In this document: positions 36,514-49,086 of the stretch, one piece after another
Position numbering within the stretch: the first letter of the stretch is position 1
Layout: each line of letters starts with the position of its first letter
Assembly (NCBI GenBank): GCA_977862235.1
Contig: OZ374559.1
Location: forward strand, 558,001 to 622,000
Source: Dudresnaya verticillata
Taxonomy: Eukaryota
Direction of reading: 5' to 3'
Length of the DNA: 64,000 nucleotides
Program-made: the position numbers and the translations under genes
Notes under the pieces: generated by a model
Seen by the model: only the letters and a program-made list of their open reading frames with translations
Database searches by the model: none
What the model was told of the DNA's origin: nothing

Positions 36514-39184
36514 TTTGGGGCACTGCGATGGTATTTGTTTCAATGTATTCTTGCCCAAGCGTCTTCGAGTTCTGGTTCGAAGCGGTCGGCACTGGGTGCC
36601 TTTTCAGAAACGGATGGTGTACTTTATAGACGCTTTGTAGTACTACAGTAGTTGCGCCCGTAAAGCGGACTCAGAGAGAGATCTTGTCGGACGGTTGAGG
36701 GGCACAAATTTCCACTCGCAGAACAATCCGGTTTGCTTTTCTGTCGAGATGTAAGATTCATTGAGCTGAACTGTGTGCGCTGTCAACTTTCTTTCACCTA
36801 TTTCTAACAAATACGGGAAGCCATGGTGGAGGGACTAGAGCGCTTTTCCAACTGCTTATCTATCAGTTCTTACGGTCCCTGCAGTATAGAATGGTCGCAG
36901 TGTGGCTTGTCATTGGGTCAGTGCACTTTTGCGCATCACTTCAGAATTTTCCAATTGCTCGCAAGGAAATGGTTTCTGATCCCTCGAATTTGTGGTCTTT
37001 TTCCAACCGTTTTTTATCTATTGTTACTAAGCTTCTACATAACAACTGATTTTTATGACGCAACGACAGGTTCTCATCATTTGGAGAATAGCAGGATTAG
37101 CTTTTCGGTTACGGGACAAAACTCAAATGGCAAATGGTTTGCTTCGAGAAAATACCTGAAATCGACCGCAATTCTCAACAAGAGTCTGGGTCCTTCGCCT
37201 TGTAACAGCCTCCATTTCCGTGATGGAAACCCGATGCGAGAAAAACGATTTTGGACTGGTTCGAAGCCTTTCATATTCTCTGAGTGTGGGCTGATCACTA
37301 GGTGGTTGTCATTTTGCATTATCGGTTGCATTCTGTCTTCTGAACGATCTCAACCAATTATGGTAGGCTCGAAAGCATTCACACGTACTCATTTGTTGGA
37401 CCGCAGACGTGACATTTGTAATTTATGACTGCGAGAGCACCATGGGCCTCAACTGCCAACGTAGGACCACTAAAAACAACAATAAAAGAACAGTATCACT
37501 AAGGAAAACTAGGGCCGACATAACATACATTTTTATGCATACCTCCAGAAAATCTTCTTCAATACTCAGTTGTCGTCTATCTGGTTCTATTGGGATTAGA
37601 TAACATCCAAGGCCTTTTCAACCCTCTTGACATGCTCTGATAGCAGTGGGTTTAGACATGGAGGGCCTAGGCACCACTGGGCAACTAAGGTGCTCATCCA
37701 TTAAAATTATTGAATCATGTTGCTACTCGGGCGGTACATGCTTCCCCTTTCCGCTCCATGTGGGCTGATGCTGAGCTGTTTTTTTATCGTGTTCACTCCT
37801 GTTTTAGGTCTCTCTCTCTCTTTCTCTCTAGATTCTAGATTCAGAACCACATCTCTCAGCTCTCTTCCACAGACAGGAACTTCGCAAAATCCACACACTC
37901 ATACACTCTCTCTGCATTAGATCAAAGCTTCTTGAACAAGCACAGATGGCTCTTTCTTGAGAGGAGAGGAGCGGAAACGCGCGCACTGCGCAGTCAATAT
38001 CGCCGATGCCTTGCGAAAGGCAATGTTTCGGAGCTAACATTCAAGTTGTATCCGGATGAGATTTCGTAGAGTGGCCCGAGTCGAGGAATTGGTCCAATGG
38101 GTCTGTTTTCCCATCACAGCGGACCATAGGGGCGCCATTGGGCGTGGTGGCGGATCGTGCCATGCGCTGCGGAACATACTTTCCCGGAACGTAAAATAGG
38201 AGGGCCGCGCTTTCTCGCGTCCTTATCCCAGTATATTTTGAAGATCTTATCAACTTATACTTTTGTTTATCAAGACCATCGTTCTGGTAGCGCATCGACG
38301 CGCATAATTCCCATTCCTTTTCAACTTCGGGTACTTACGACGGTGCTCTGGTACAAAATGATGTTCATCCTCTCACACCAGCATGGAATCTATAGCCTCT
38401 TGCTACTATGGCAAGGAAATAGAATGGTGCTTTCATTCGTGATGACTTCGCTTGGTAGATGATGGCAAGGTCCTATTTGTGACTACCAAAAACAGAGGTT
38501 TGGAAAGTCATAGTCATGTCCTTTTTATACCAAGTCAGTCATATTCAGTAAAATCGTAGTCATCTTTACATATCTACAACTTTCGCGGAAACTTTACGCA
38601 CTAAACGTTTAAAGTTGGCTGCCTGCGGGTGCAGAAACCCCTCTTGAGGTAATCTGATCTCCCGCAGCTCGCTTTTCACGAACACCCGAATCATCTCAGA
38701 CATTTCCAGCGTACTTGTTAGCAAAGACTGGCCCTGATTTCCTTCACGTCTTCCCAGATCACTGAAGGGACACTCGGCTGGGGCTGAGGAAGCTTGACCG
38801 GAAAGTGCAGCCCTGGCAGTGTTGAATGGGACTGGGCTAATCATTCCTCTCTTGGTTCACGTCCTTCCAGTATGACAGTGCCCGTCACAAGCGTTGCTAA
38901 AGTCGAGAGCGATATTTTGTTCTGTGCCCACATCCCAGCAGATCGTAGGTTGGCCTGGCACGGCATGCTCTCCGCCGCTGGCGGCTAGGGACGACCGGTG
39001 GCAGCCGCCGGAAGGTGCTATCCACGTTGAACACCGGGGACACATGTACAGATGGATCACCACGTGTCCTTTATGTATCCAGTGTCTAGTCAGTCAGCGA
39101 AAAAGGGAGAGTCAGTCAGTCAGTCAAAAGTCACCTAACTTTTACGCAAGTCACTCAGTCACAAATACGGCCCTGGATGATGGT

Positions 39185-40225
39185 AAACTTTTAATGGTTG
39201 TTTTAGGTGGTCCCGCTCTGCGACTTAAAGGCCCATGTGCAGGCACACCAGGATAAGCTACAGTGCCAGAGGGCTGCCACTGGAGTGTACCCCCGGGAGG
39301 AGAAAAGGGCAGCGGTGGTGTGTCTATGTTTGGGAGGGTGACCACCGTCATCGTCGGCATGTTCAGACAGGGAAACTCTGCAGAGCACAGGGTGCGGATG
39401 GCGGCGATCGTACTGGAAATGGTGTGTAGATCGTCGGGGGTGGCGTCTGGATTGGAGAGCAGATGGAGAGCTAGGGTGTGGGTTCGAAGGGATGCACGTT
39501 TGGTAGGGCAGGAAGGAGGATGGCGAAGGTACCCAAATGCCAAAGGATGGCCAGCAGTATATCGCGGTAGTCGGCGAGTCGCAGGGCCGGCGCAGGACAC
39601 GAAGACGTTGGGAGAGGAGCAGGGCGGTGCCCTGCTAAGGCTTCCTTCCAGACGGAATTACATTGCTGGGCAATGAAGCGAGGGTGGAGCGGCTTCTGTA
39701 GCGCCTCTGGTAAAAGTCTCATTGGGTACATGGCGGAGGGCACTTACTGTGTGTCGAGCCTGTCAGGAGGGGCGCGATAGGTGGGGTTGATGTCGGGCAC
39801 GGTGTTGAAGTTTGGCGATAAGCTTGGGCTGTAGGGCTCGTTGGCGCAGGAGAGGCGGTTCAATTTGAAAGATCACGCGGGGCTTCTGTAGCCGAAGACG
39901 AGGTATGCTATGCGTTTCGACGGTTGTGACAGCACTAGGCGACTGAATCCAGCATCCAGACTGTCCATCGCGGATTGCGTTGCAGCTGTATAGCTTACCA
40001 TTGTGCAGCCATGCTCACAACTTGAGCGCACGAAGGTAATGTATACGAAACGGCAGGCACTGGCTGGTATTTTGGGTGACACAACGCCCAGTGCGACTAG
40101 TGATCGAATATTCTTATGTGCCGGGCCAACACGAGTCAGCACAGTTGATGTTTTAGCTCCGTCTGGGGAGATGCCCACTCCAAGGTATCGAGTCGTATCG
40201 CGATGGGGGACAGTTTGCCCAGCTA
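39185..40225 (-). mobile_element. 5'-truncated, decayed LINE, paralogue of the 41-43 kb element
   Basis: RYLGVGISPDGA..YITFVRSSCEHGC and LAILWHLGTF..DLHTISSTIAAIRTLCSAEFP align with the C-terminal part of ORF 41056-43137. Confidence 0.85.
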
Positions 40226-41310
40226 GACGGAACTACGCAGAGCTACAGAGGTAGGTGCTCATAGCTATCTACCTAAATAGTCGAAGCCCTCGCTACTTAG
40301 ACTACATCTAATGATTTTCTATCATGGGATATCGGAATAATGTATCTATAGATACTAATCCTAGTCATATGAGTACAAACGATGCTACTGATATGATAGT
40401 ATCATAATGATATAGTACTACAATTCTCACAGGAACGCCATAGTCTATCACGTATGTCGGCATTGGCCCCGAACACCGTACTGCACTCCAAAAGCTCGCT
40501 GCTTTTCTGGCCACGCGCCGGGGGACAAATCCTACCACTGAATACCATTCGTTAGTTTCATCACTGGTTTCCCACATTCTCCTGCTCACCGCCCTCGCAG
40601 TGAATCGTAGACGTCCAGTTTGTCCAGGCCTTCCAATAGTCATCAGCGGCTAAGTCATTAGGGTTTTCCGCTGCTCGTCTTACTTCAATAAAGTTGTGAT
40701 GATGATGATGTACCTCATCTCCTCGTCAACATTGTGGCGAGGCTGTAAGCCGTTGCTCAGCACTGTAAAGGGAAAGGGACACCCTGTCCCACGCGCCACA
40801 AGCGTAGAAAGCGAGCCAAAAGAGGCTCTCGATCAAGAGAGAGTCTCAGGGGCCGGAGAGGACGACTGGGCACGAAGGCCAAGACTGACTACCTTCGAGG
40901 GTGGCCTCTGGAGGTCGCTTTGCAAAGGAGGAGCATGACCAGAAAGCCTGGACTCTGGGGCACGATGCCTGAGTCCGGGCGGCACGGCCGTAGGCCGGAC
41001 ACTGGCGACTCCGCCCGACTGCGACGGGCAGTATCTGACCTGCAATGCTTGGCGCGTGGTTGCAGCACCGAGGCGTTGCCGTTCTTTTCTGCGCGAGCGC
41101 GACTGCTTTCGTCCCAGAGTGTTAGCGGGCGGCTCTCTTTACTTTGTGAAAGCGCCGATAGCCACAGTTTACAAAACAGAATTAAGCGCACAAACAACGG
41201 AAAGAGCTGATAGAGCGACCGCATTCGCCCCTTTCGCGCGCCATCCGCGTACAACAACGCAAACGCCAACGCCGCATACACAGCCGATCATCGGGGGCCC
41301 TTCAGCCGGC

Positions 41311-43295
41311 ATGCTTCACACGACACATGGCCTCTCAGTCAGAAACCCCACCCGCCCCACTGCTCGCGAGTTCTACGTCCCTTCCACGTTCCGTGCGTCC
41401 CTACGGAAAGCAATACTCTCCATGCAGATCGGAAAGGCGGCAGGGCCAGACGACACACACGTGGAATCCTTGAAGGTCCTCCCGGACTTATCTGCTGACG
41501 TACTTTTCGCGGTTTGGCGCTGTTGCGGGAAGTTTGGAATTTTCCCCCGTTCTTGGACTCAAGGCCTTCTCGTTCCAGTCCACAAGGGCGGACCGACAGA
41601 TGATCCCGCAAATTACAGACCGCTCTGCATGCTAGGACATCTACGGAAAGTCATTGAGCGAGCTATTGCGTACGAGGTGGAAGCAGTTTTCGCCCCGCAC
41701 CGGATGCAGCTTGGGTTCCAACCCCTTCTGCGGTCAGATATGGCTGCTGTACTCACGCTTGCAGCAAGCGCTGCTGGAGATGACTACATTGGTGTACTGG
41801 ACCTGAAGAGCGCATATGACCGAGTAGACAGACATAAGCTACTCGCATGCTGTGAAGAGCGGCTGCCACCGCATTTGACTGCCATGATCGCCAACACCCT
41901 CGTGGCAATACAAATCCGCACGGCAGGTGATGCAAGTAACGAGAGTGCAGAAGTACGACGCGGCGTGATACAGGGATCCCCACTAAGCCCAATCCTCTTC
42001 AACCTCTTCATCGATTCCCTGGCCTACGACCTCTGCAGTGCACTCGGGTCCACCGACGACAACCCGCCGGGCCGCCTATTTACCGATGACTGTATTCTCC
42101 ATGTTGGCAACCCGGCAAAGCTGCGCGCTGCGCTTAAAGTATGCCAAGCATGGGCCGAACAGAATGGAATACAATGGTCTGCCCCCAAGTGTGCCATCCT
42201 CCTCCCGAAACAACATCGCACACGCCCTAGCTCAACCACATTCCTCATTGATGGCCAACCAATCGACGTCACATGCGACGCGCGCTATCTTGGCATCCAG
42301 ATCTCTCCGGAAGGGGCTTTGGACTCAGCGACCCTACAACGCATAGCTGCTGCGAAGCGCCAACTTGGAGCACTTGTCTCATTAGGCCACATCTCCTCCG
42401 AGATGCCCGCACACGCTGCTCGTTATATCTACCATACATTTGTTCGCCCAGTCTACGAACACGGCTGTGCCATTACCCCATACACCCCAGCTGTATGCCG
42501 CGCGTTTGACAGCTTGGACACAACCTTCTTCCGCCTTCTAATCTCCCAGAGGTCGTCTAGAATGTCTGCCCAACGCTTGCGGAAGCTCAGAGCCCTCTTC
42601 CGCCTCGAACCTCCTCTCCTTCGCCAGAAGATCGTGCAACGGAGCTTCTGCGCTGCGCTACAACGTCTCTCCGGCTTAGCAGCGCTTCCTGCCTCCTGGC
42701 ACGCCCAAAGAACGCTTTCTGCTCTCCAGGCCAGACCGCGTATTGCTTGCTGGGATGCATCTCAACAATCCCGAACGCGGCGAGAACTCCGCGACTTGCT
42801 GCTACAGGAATGGCGTGTGGCGGTATCTGGTCGACATCCTGCCCCGGTGTACAACTCGCATCGATTACCACCAGCCCTGGAGCTACCAGACCACAGAGAC
42901 AGGAAACTAGCAATCCGTTGGCACCTGGGGACGTTCCCTATTCCGCTGCCCTGCCCAATTGCCCGCGAGGAAGTTCGACCCCTCACCCAATCTCTCCAAG
43001 CCCTGTCGCTCCCAGAACCACTCGCCGCTGATCTCTGCGCCATCTCCGACACAATCTCATCTATCCGGGACGCCTGCAGCCACGCGTTTCCCCTGTCTAC
43101 TTCCCACTCACAACCCAGTCGGTCCCCACGTAACTGATCCCTTTCCGAAGGATAGCTCCACCCCCTTTACCGGTGATAGGATACTTTTAATGGATGTCAT
43201 CAAGAATAACCTTAACAACTGTAGCTTGCCGGTGTGCTTGCCCATGGGCCATCGTCGCCAGCACAAGACCACCCTAAACAACTATTAAAATCAAA
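41311..43295 (+). mobile_element. 5'-truncated LINE with open RT reading frame (to 43137) and 3' UTR
   Basis: KAAGPD, PVHKGG..DPANYRPL, QLGF, LDLKSAYDRV, GVIQGSPLSPILFNLFID, LFTDD, RYLGI. No endonuclease visible. 5' boundary approximate. Confidence 0.88.
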
Positions 43296-43901
43296 CATCA
43301 CAAACTTTCCAGTACAAGATGTCTCCTTCGTGAACACTTCTCTCCGACAGCCTCAGAGTCCCCTTCGAACACCATTCCGGCACTACCTCTTTCCTCTCTT
43401 CATCACCAGTTGGTTCTCGGAATCGTATGTTTCTACAAGCAAACGAAACTCACATCTGTTCACAAGGCTAAGGTGCGCTCGAGCTCTGCGAGAACTGATC
43501 CGTCTTCTCGAACTATTTCTGGACGTCCGAAAGTGATGTTTGATTTTAATGTTTATCGTGGTCTTGTGCGAGCGACGATGGCTCACAGGCAAGCGTAAGT
43601 GTCCACGAAATCTGTGCAGTTATACCCTCGATCCAGGCTGGATACCTACGAAAGCTGAATCCAATCCACTGATAACAGTTGTCCAATCAGATAACAAGTC
43701 CGAGTCTTCGTGTTACTTGGCTCATCAGTCTCCATTGCCCTTCTGCCCATTGAAGGTAAGGTACATGGTCCAAATCTTGTAAGCAGGCTCCTATCATTGC
43801 TGCAGGATTGCGAGTATAGCTCCAACATTTTCAATGACGCCCACTGATTGAAGTGTGCTATCGGCGGGTGTTGTCAGACATGACTTTCACAAGATGATCC
43901 A

Positions 43902-44855
43902 CTAGAACTGGAATTTGCAGTTGGCTTTGTTGAACAGGTAGTCTTTCCCCTCGATGGAAACAATTCCTTCAGCTAACTGAAACGACATAGTATGTCCCTG
44001 ACCTTTCCTCCGACTCACAACAGTGCTCACGATGAAGTTATCGGAGTCTCTTACGTCGAACTCATGGTCACTGTCATCTTCATCCTCTTCCGAACTAAAA
44101 GAATCAGAGGCTTCTCTTGGAGATGGATTCTCGCTTTTTTCCGTCTTCGACTTCTTAAATCTCGTAGAATGTGCTTCTTCGTCAGCTCTACGCTTCAACC
44201 CAAGCCCCGATTTGGTGCCTTCAAGAGAATCTGTCCCAACAGCGAGAGATGAATCCACCAATAGCCCTTTCGCTTGCGGAGTAGTATTTGGTGAAGAAGC
44301 AGTCATTGCTTGCAGCCCTTGGCGTTCGGGATGAGGTACCTGGATGAGCTCTTGTTCATGCTTCACCACTACTGCACGGGATGCAGAATCCTCTCCTTCA
44401 ATGAGAACATTCTCAGCCTTGATCGGGACCTTCTTCTCAACACCACGGGCACTGTTGTTAGTACCCGCATTTGTTCCTTGAAACTGTTCCCCTGCTGACT
44501 GGGTAGCGTTAGTTGCAGGTCCAGCTTGCGCCTGTCCTGAGATAATGTCCTCCGCCTTTACGACCACTGGCTCCATCTTCTCTTTGGTAAGCATCACATT
44601 ATGTACTGCTTCAATTGGAGAAGCGTTTGTCAGACCGAGTCCCTCGTTGTTCGGCGCTGGACTCTGCGCTGGGACAACATTATTGTGCTCTGCAAGAGTG
44701 ATGTTCACGCGAGCCTGCCAGCGAGATCTGAGATGGGAAAGTTGTTGCAACATGGTTTCATCGTCCTTTCTATCTTCCTGTATCTGTTGCAGGACTCTTT
44801 GCATGGTCGTCTCGATAATGGTGTGGTACACCTCTCCAGTCTTGTCCGTTGCCAT
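43902..44855 (-). CDS. Transcription factor IIA large subunit (alpha/beta)-like protein, divergent
   Basis: N-terminal helices VYHTIIETTMQRV...LSHLRSRWQARV, a low-complexity linker, an acidic tract, and C-terminal LAEGIVSIEGKDYLFNKANCKFQF, which resembles TFIIA LKDGIMxINGKDYxFxKAxGEFEW. Confidence 0.8.
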   Translation of the reverse strand: MATDKTGEVYHTIIETTMQRVLQQIQEDRKDDETMLQQLSHLRSRWQARVNITLAEHNNVVPAQSPAPNNEGLGLTNASPIEAVHNVMLTKEKMEPVVVKAEDIISGQAQAGPATNATQSAGEQFQGTNAGTNNSARGVEKKVPIKAENVLIEGEDSASRAVVVKHEQELIQVPHPERQGLQAMTASSPNTTPQAKGLLVDSSLAVGTDSLEGTKSGLGLKRRADEEAHSTRFKKSKTEKSENPSPREASDSFSSEEDEDDSDHEFDVRDSDNFIVSTVVSRRKGQGHTMSFQLAEGIVSIEGKDYLFNKANCKFQF

Positions 44856-45538
44856 TGCTACCTCGATCAAGATGACGACCGAGCTCTGGAGGGCGATTGC
44901 GAGTCGGTAGAAGGCGTCTCGATCAGCAGAAGCACTGACGACTCGCGAGAAACAAATCTACACGCGGATAAGACGCAGGGGCCAGAGGCTGCGTGAAACG
45001 ATGAAGCGGGAAAGCACGTTGTGCCAGTGGACCGTGTTAGCCAAAGGGGTGGTGTGCGGAGACGGATGGCGAAACGGTGGCAGCAAGAACGGCCTCGATG
45101 CACCTTGGTGCAACTGCAGGTCGGGCTGGGGTGCAAGTGGGGTGGGAGTGGGGAAGGGGGAGCGAGGTGAGGGAGAGGATTCTTGTTCGGGTGCAGGGCG
45201 GGAGGCAGCGCTTTTAAGCTGGGAGATGTTGCTGGCCCGTCGGCACCCGACGTGTTGATTCCCGGCGGCGCTGGCCATTCTATTCTAAGGAATAAAAAGT
45301 TTAATATTCTCATACACGTGTACTATTTTGAATACGTGTCCTTATGACTTATGAAAGGCATCCTGCTGGAAGGTGGGAACTTTTCCTGCTGAAACATCGT
45401 CCGGCCGCTGACTTCCACTCCGCCCTAGTGGCCCATGCCTGTTGAAGTACTGTTGAAGTCTCTTGGAGGCTGACACGTTCGACCTGTCATTCGTAAACCT
45501 CCGCAAGTGCTTCAATTATACTTTGGCTGCTGGCGGGC

Positions 45539-45621
45539 GGCTGGGCGTGGCAAGCTCTCAGCAAGGATAGCTGTAACTTTGGATGAACGTGGCTGGGCGT
45601 GGCAAGCTCTCAGCAAAGATA
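45539..45621 (+). repeat. About 30-bp direct repeat
   Basis: GGCTGGGCGTGGCAAGCTCTCAGCAA(G/A)GATA occurs twice. Confidence 0.85.
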
Positions 45622-47740
45622 TCTGCGGCTGCGGCTGGTAACTGACAGACACCTGCAATTGTATTGGGTCATTCTACAGTGTCACACTGTAGTTCACTTG
45701 AATTGCAAATAAAGGAGCAGAAGATAGCGCAATAGCAGAATGCGCTGGTTTCAGAGTATTGGAAGTCGACCGGTGTGCATTTAAGCGCTCCAATACGTAT
45801 GGAGAACACACCTAGGAACAACAACGAACAACTCAGTAAACAACGTCATGTAGTGGGACTCCACACGCGTTTGTGCGCACTTTGTCTGTGGCAGGACTAT
45901 GCCCTGGCTACATCTATAGGATATACTACATCTCCACTCTTATGTTTCACAACAATGCCAAGTAGAAGGGTTGAAGGAGGTTCTCGTCGGGGAAGAAGGG
46001 AAGTCAATCCCGATACGTATTGAAACGCGGCAAGTTGGGACAGTGCTATTTTCCCTCGTTCGGAATGCTTCTTGCTGCATTGAGGGAGTTGAACAAAGTG
46101 GGATAGAGGAAGTACAGATCGCGGTCTCAGTGCATAAGGTTCGCACCATTGGACTGATGGAACTTGATTTCATCTTCACGTATGTATCTGTCATCTGTCG
46201 TTCTTAACAAGGTAGCGAGCAAACAAGAGTTTTCAGAGCTTCAGACTTCTGATTTGCATTACACGACCTGGGAAAGGGGCCTTTCTTGGGCCTGGCCTAC
46301 GCCGTATTACTGCTGCAGTCGAAATCACTTTGAAGCGAGTCACAGGGAATCTTGCTTTTCTATGACAAACTTATCTCGGGCTGAGAGCAAGACTGGCCCA
46401 AGACCAGAAAGCCTTGCTCGTTCCGGTGCCCTTCCTTGCAATTTCACGAGATCTACTCTGAGATCCATCGGATGGCATTGATACCTGCGTTCCGTCGGGT
46501 ACTCTTTCGCTTCTATGTGCAATGATCTCGATTCATGTGAGTCCATTTCCCTTCCCATTCTCAAAAATAGAGCATTCACTTCTCCCTATAGATTGGACAC
46601 CATGCCTTCTCTATTCCAAGAGAGAGTAACTTTATTAGGAAGAGCATGTTCGAAAAGCTGCTACTTCTGGAAGTCCTGAACGGACGTCTTCTGTTCGGGG
46701 TTGTGATCCTCGCCTGGCGCCTTTTTCACCGTCTGCAGCTGATGTAATCTAGGACTCCGAAACAGCTCTCGGTATTGCAACGGCTTTAGCTGATCTCCAA
46801 CTAACGGAGTTCGACAAGCGGACTTCGAGAGCCCTTCTTTCGCATCCCGAGTTGGAGGCAATTTTCTTTCTGGGCCTCACTCTTTTCAAACAGCCTGTGG
46901 CGGATCTCTGGTAATACCGGGGGGAGGGGGGGGTCGGAACAGCTAAAATGGCCCGGGTCATTTTAAGGCATATACGGGCCCATTATCACAGGGCCCGATT
47001 AAGGCGTTAGTCCGGCCCCCCGGGAAGGGGCCCGTGTAAGCCTTTAGTCGGGCCCTATATGGTGGAACTGGGATCGCCTAATTCCGCTGACCTCAGTTCC
47101 GCGAGAGGACAAATAGCGTACAAAGTTGGCCATCGGGGGAGAGGTGTAGCTTGTTTGCATCCAGGAGAGACATTGTCATCCTCGCTCAGTTACTGCGCCA
47201 TAGCACCATTACCCCGTTTCTATCCTCTGACTCCTGACCTGGAGATCAACACATCACTACATCCCCCTGCAGTCAGCATTCCACTTCTAATACTTTTTTC
47301 CTAGAAACCCGTTCACTAAATAGAATATTGATGTTTGGTTTTAATGTTTGTTTCACGTGGTCATGTGCATAGTACTACTCACACAAAGCAATATGCTCGT
47401 TATTCAATAATCCCGATATTCTATAGAACATGCTGTAAATGTCGTTTCTCTATCACGTAATATTATTTCATCACATATATTGTAGCTAAAGTCAGTTTCA
47501 ATACTGTATAACAACCAAATACAGCCACAGTTTGAACAAGTCATCCATGCAGAAATAATTGCCCTGTTTCTGGCACAGAAAACGCCTTTAAAACAAACCA
47601 CGGTTCGTTTTAAGGAACAAGTCTGCGAATTGTTAATACGTCTAGCTATAGTACAATATCTATACTCTGAACAAAATTACTGCTCTCTCATCCAGCTGAA
47701 AGCATTCATATTCACCTGTGATGTACTACGTATTTTCCTA

Positions 47741-48854
47741 TTACAAGCAGAAAAAACCGTCGCCAGAAAACTGAACATGTGCGTTCCTATCTTTCGCTAA
47801 GTCAGACTGGTGAGCTATGTGACCACCAATATTCTGTCTGGTACGATACATAGCTTTTGGAAATGAACTCTTAATCTCCGGGATAGCTGTACCGGAGATG
47901 AAAGACCAAATGTACAAACAGACAAGAACCCCACAATCCGCGGAGTTGCGAGGTGGCTGCGAGATGCAATTGAGACCCTCACTAACTTTCAACGTCGACA
48001 CAACCTTCCATACACGCCTATCTTCGTACCTCTCTGAATACTGGGAGCATAATGCATTCAACCCCCTTATTATTTTCATGCTGAGGGTGGCGTTCATTTT
48101 TCAACCATTTCTTGGATGGAAAGGATCGAACAGCATTACCTCTTTGTTAGATGTGTTGGCAATGCATAGACCCCAGTTAGAAGCGTTAAAATAGGCCAGA
48201 TAAAATAGTCCACATCATGAGGGTCCAGACCCTGCAACCAGCCCTTCAAGGCTTTTTCAGAGCTCTTACTGCTAAACGTCACAATTGCATGAGAGCTGAT
48301 CAGTGCCATTTTCTTGTCCTGTGCATTGAAGCTTGAACGAAGATGCTTTTTGCGAGGACATCAACAATTGTGTCAGTTAACCACAGTTGGTCCCCTAAAG
48401 ATTTGACGTCTGCTGACGATATGTCGTTAATGCCCTCTAATACGTTCTGTTCCTTTTTCACTTGCGACATTTTCATTACGGTCTTGAACCTTCTTGCCAG
48501 ACTTGCAACTACATCAAATGTTACAGGGGGATAGCCTTTAGAATTAATAACCAGCCTCCATTTCTGAGTCCCCATATTATTAATTTCCTCCACATCACCA
48601 TCGTCGTAATGAATCATCAATAGTAAAGTACTGTCTTTCTTTGTTGATCTAGACACCTTTCCCCGGTACCGTTTTAGATCTTGATTCCAAAACACTTCCA
48701 ATGTTTTTCCAATCTCAATCTCAGCTATTTCGTGGCGATCAAATGTATTTGGAGTCGCTCTCATCTGCCACTTATCCTTTCGAACAGAAGGTAAAATCGG
48801 GATTTGATTTCTTGAGACTATGTCCCCTGAATTGACGTCCGAAGCATTTTTCAT
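47741..48854 (-). pseudogene. Tudor-like domain followed by Ulp1/C48 protease remnant
   Basis: Tudor-like EVFWNQDLKRYRGKV...IHYDDGDVEEI...QKWRL. Protease LWLTDTIVD, (N)WGLCIAN...LFDP, QPPRNSADCGVLV. Confidence 0.75.
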
Positions 48855-49086
48855 GCTCTCCGAAGACGTGTTGTCGTCAAACGCCTCTATTGATTATTTC
48901 GTCTGCTTTCCTGCAGCCTCAACCATTTCCAGCAAGCTGGGGACCTTTCTCTCTCCATGTTTGGAAAGTCAATGCTGGATGACAGTTCTGGGATTGTTCT
49001 GGATGCGAAGTATATTACATCCCGGGCATGCAAACCCGGAAGTAGTTGGCCTGTTTGGAATGTCCACAGGTGTCTTGGATAATGAT

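Noticed and set aside
38857..39063. IBR/Rcat-like motif CPRCSTWIAPSGGC
   Set aside because: Following metal ligands are not in register; too short to call.
40697..41281. Another LINE 3' end with (CAT)n tail on the minus strand, or a 5' inversion
   Set aside because: Only a short (GAT)4 run supports it; no protein similarity seen.
41056..41310. N-terminal part of the 693-aa RT ORF
   Set aside because: Probably chance read-through into flanking sequence; RT similarity begins near 41400.
45900..46620. Possible decayed transposase (GIDFPSSP resembles KDZ-associated CxC regions)
   Set aside because: Single weak motif among many stops.
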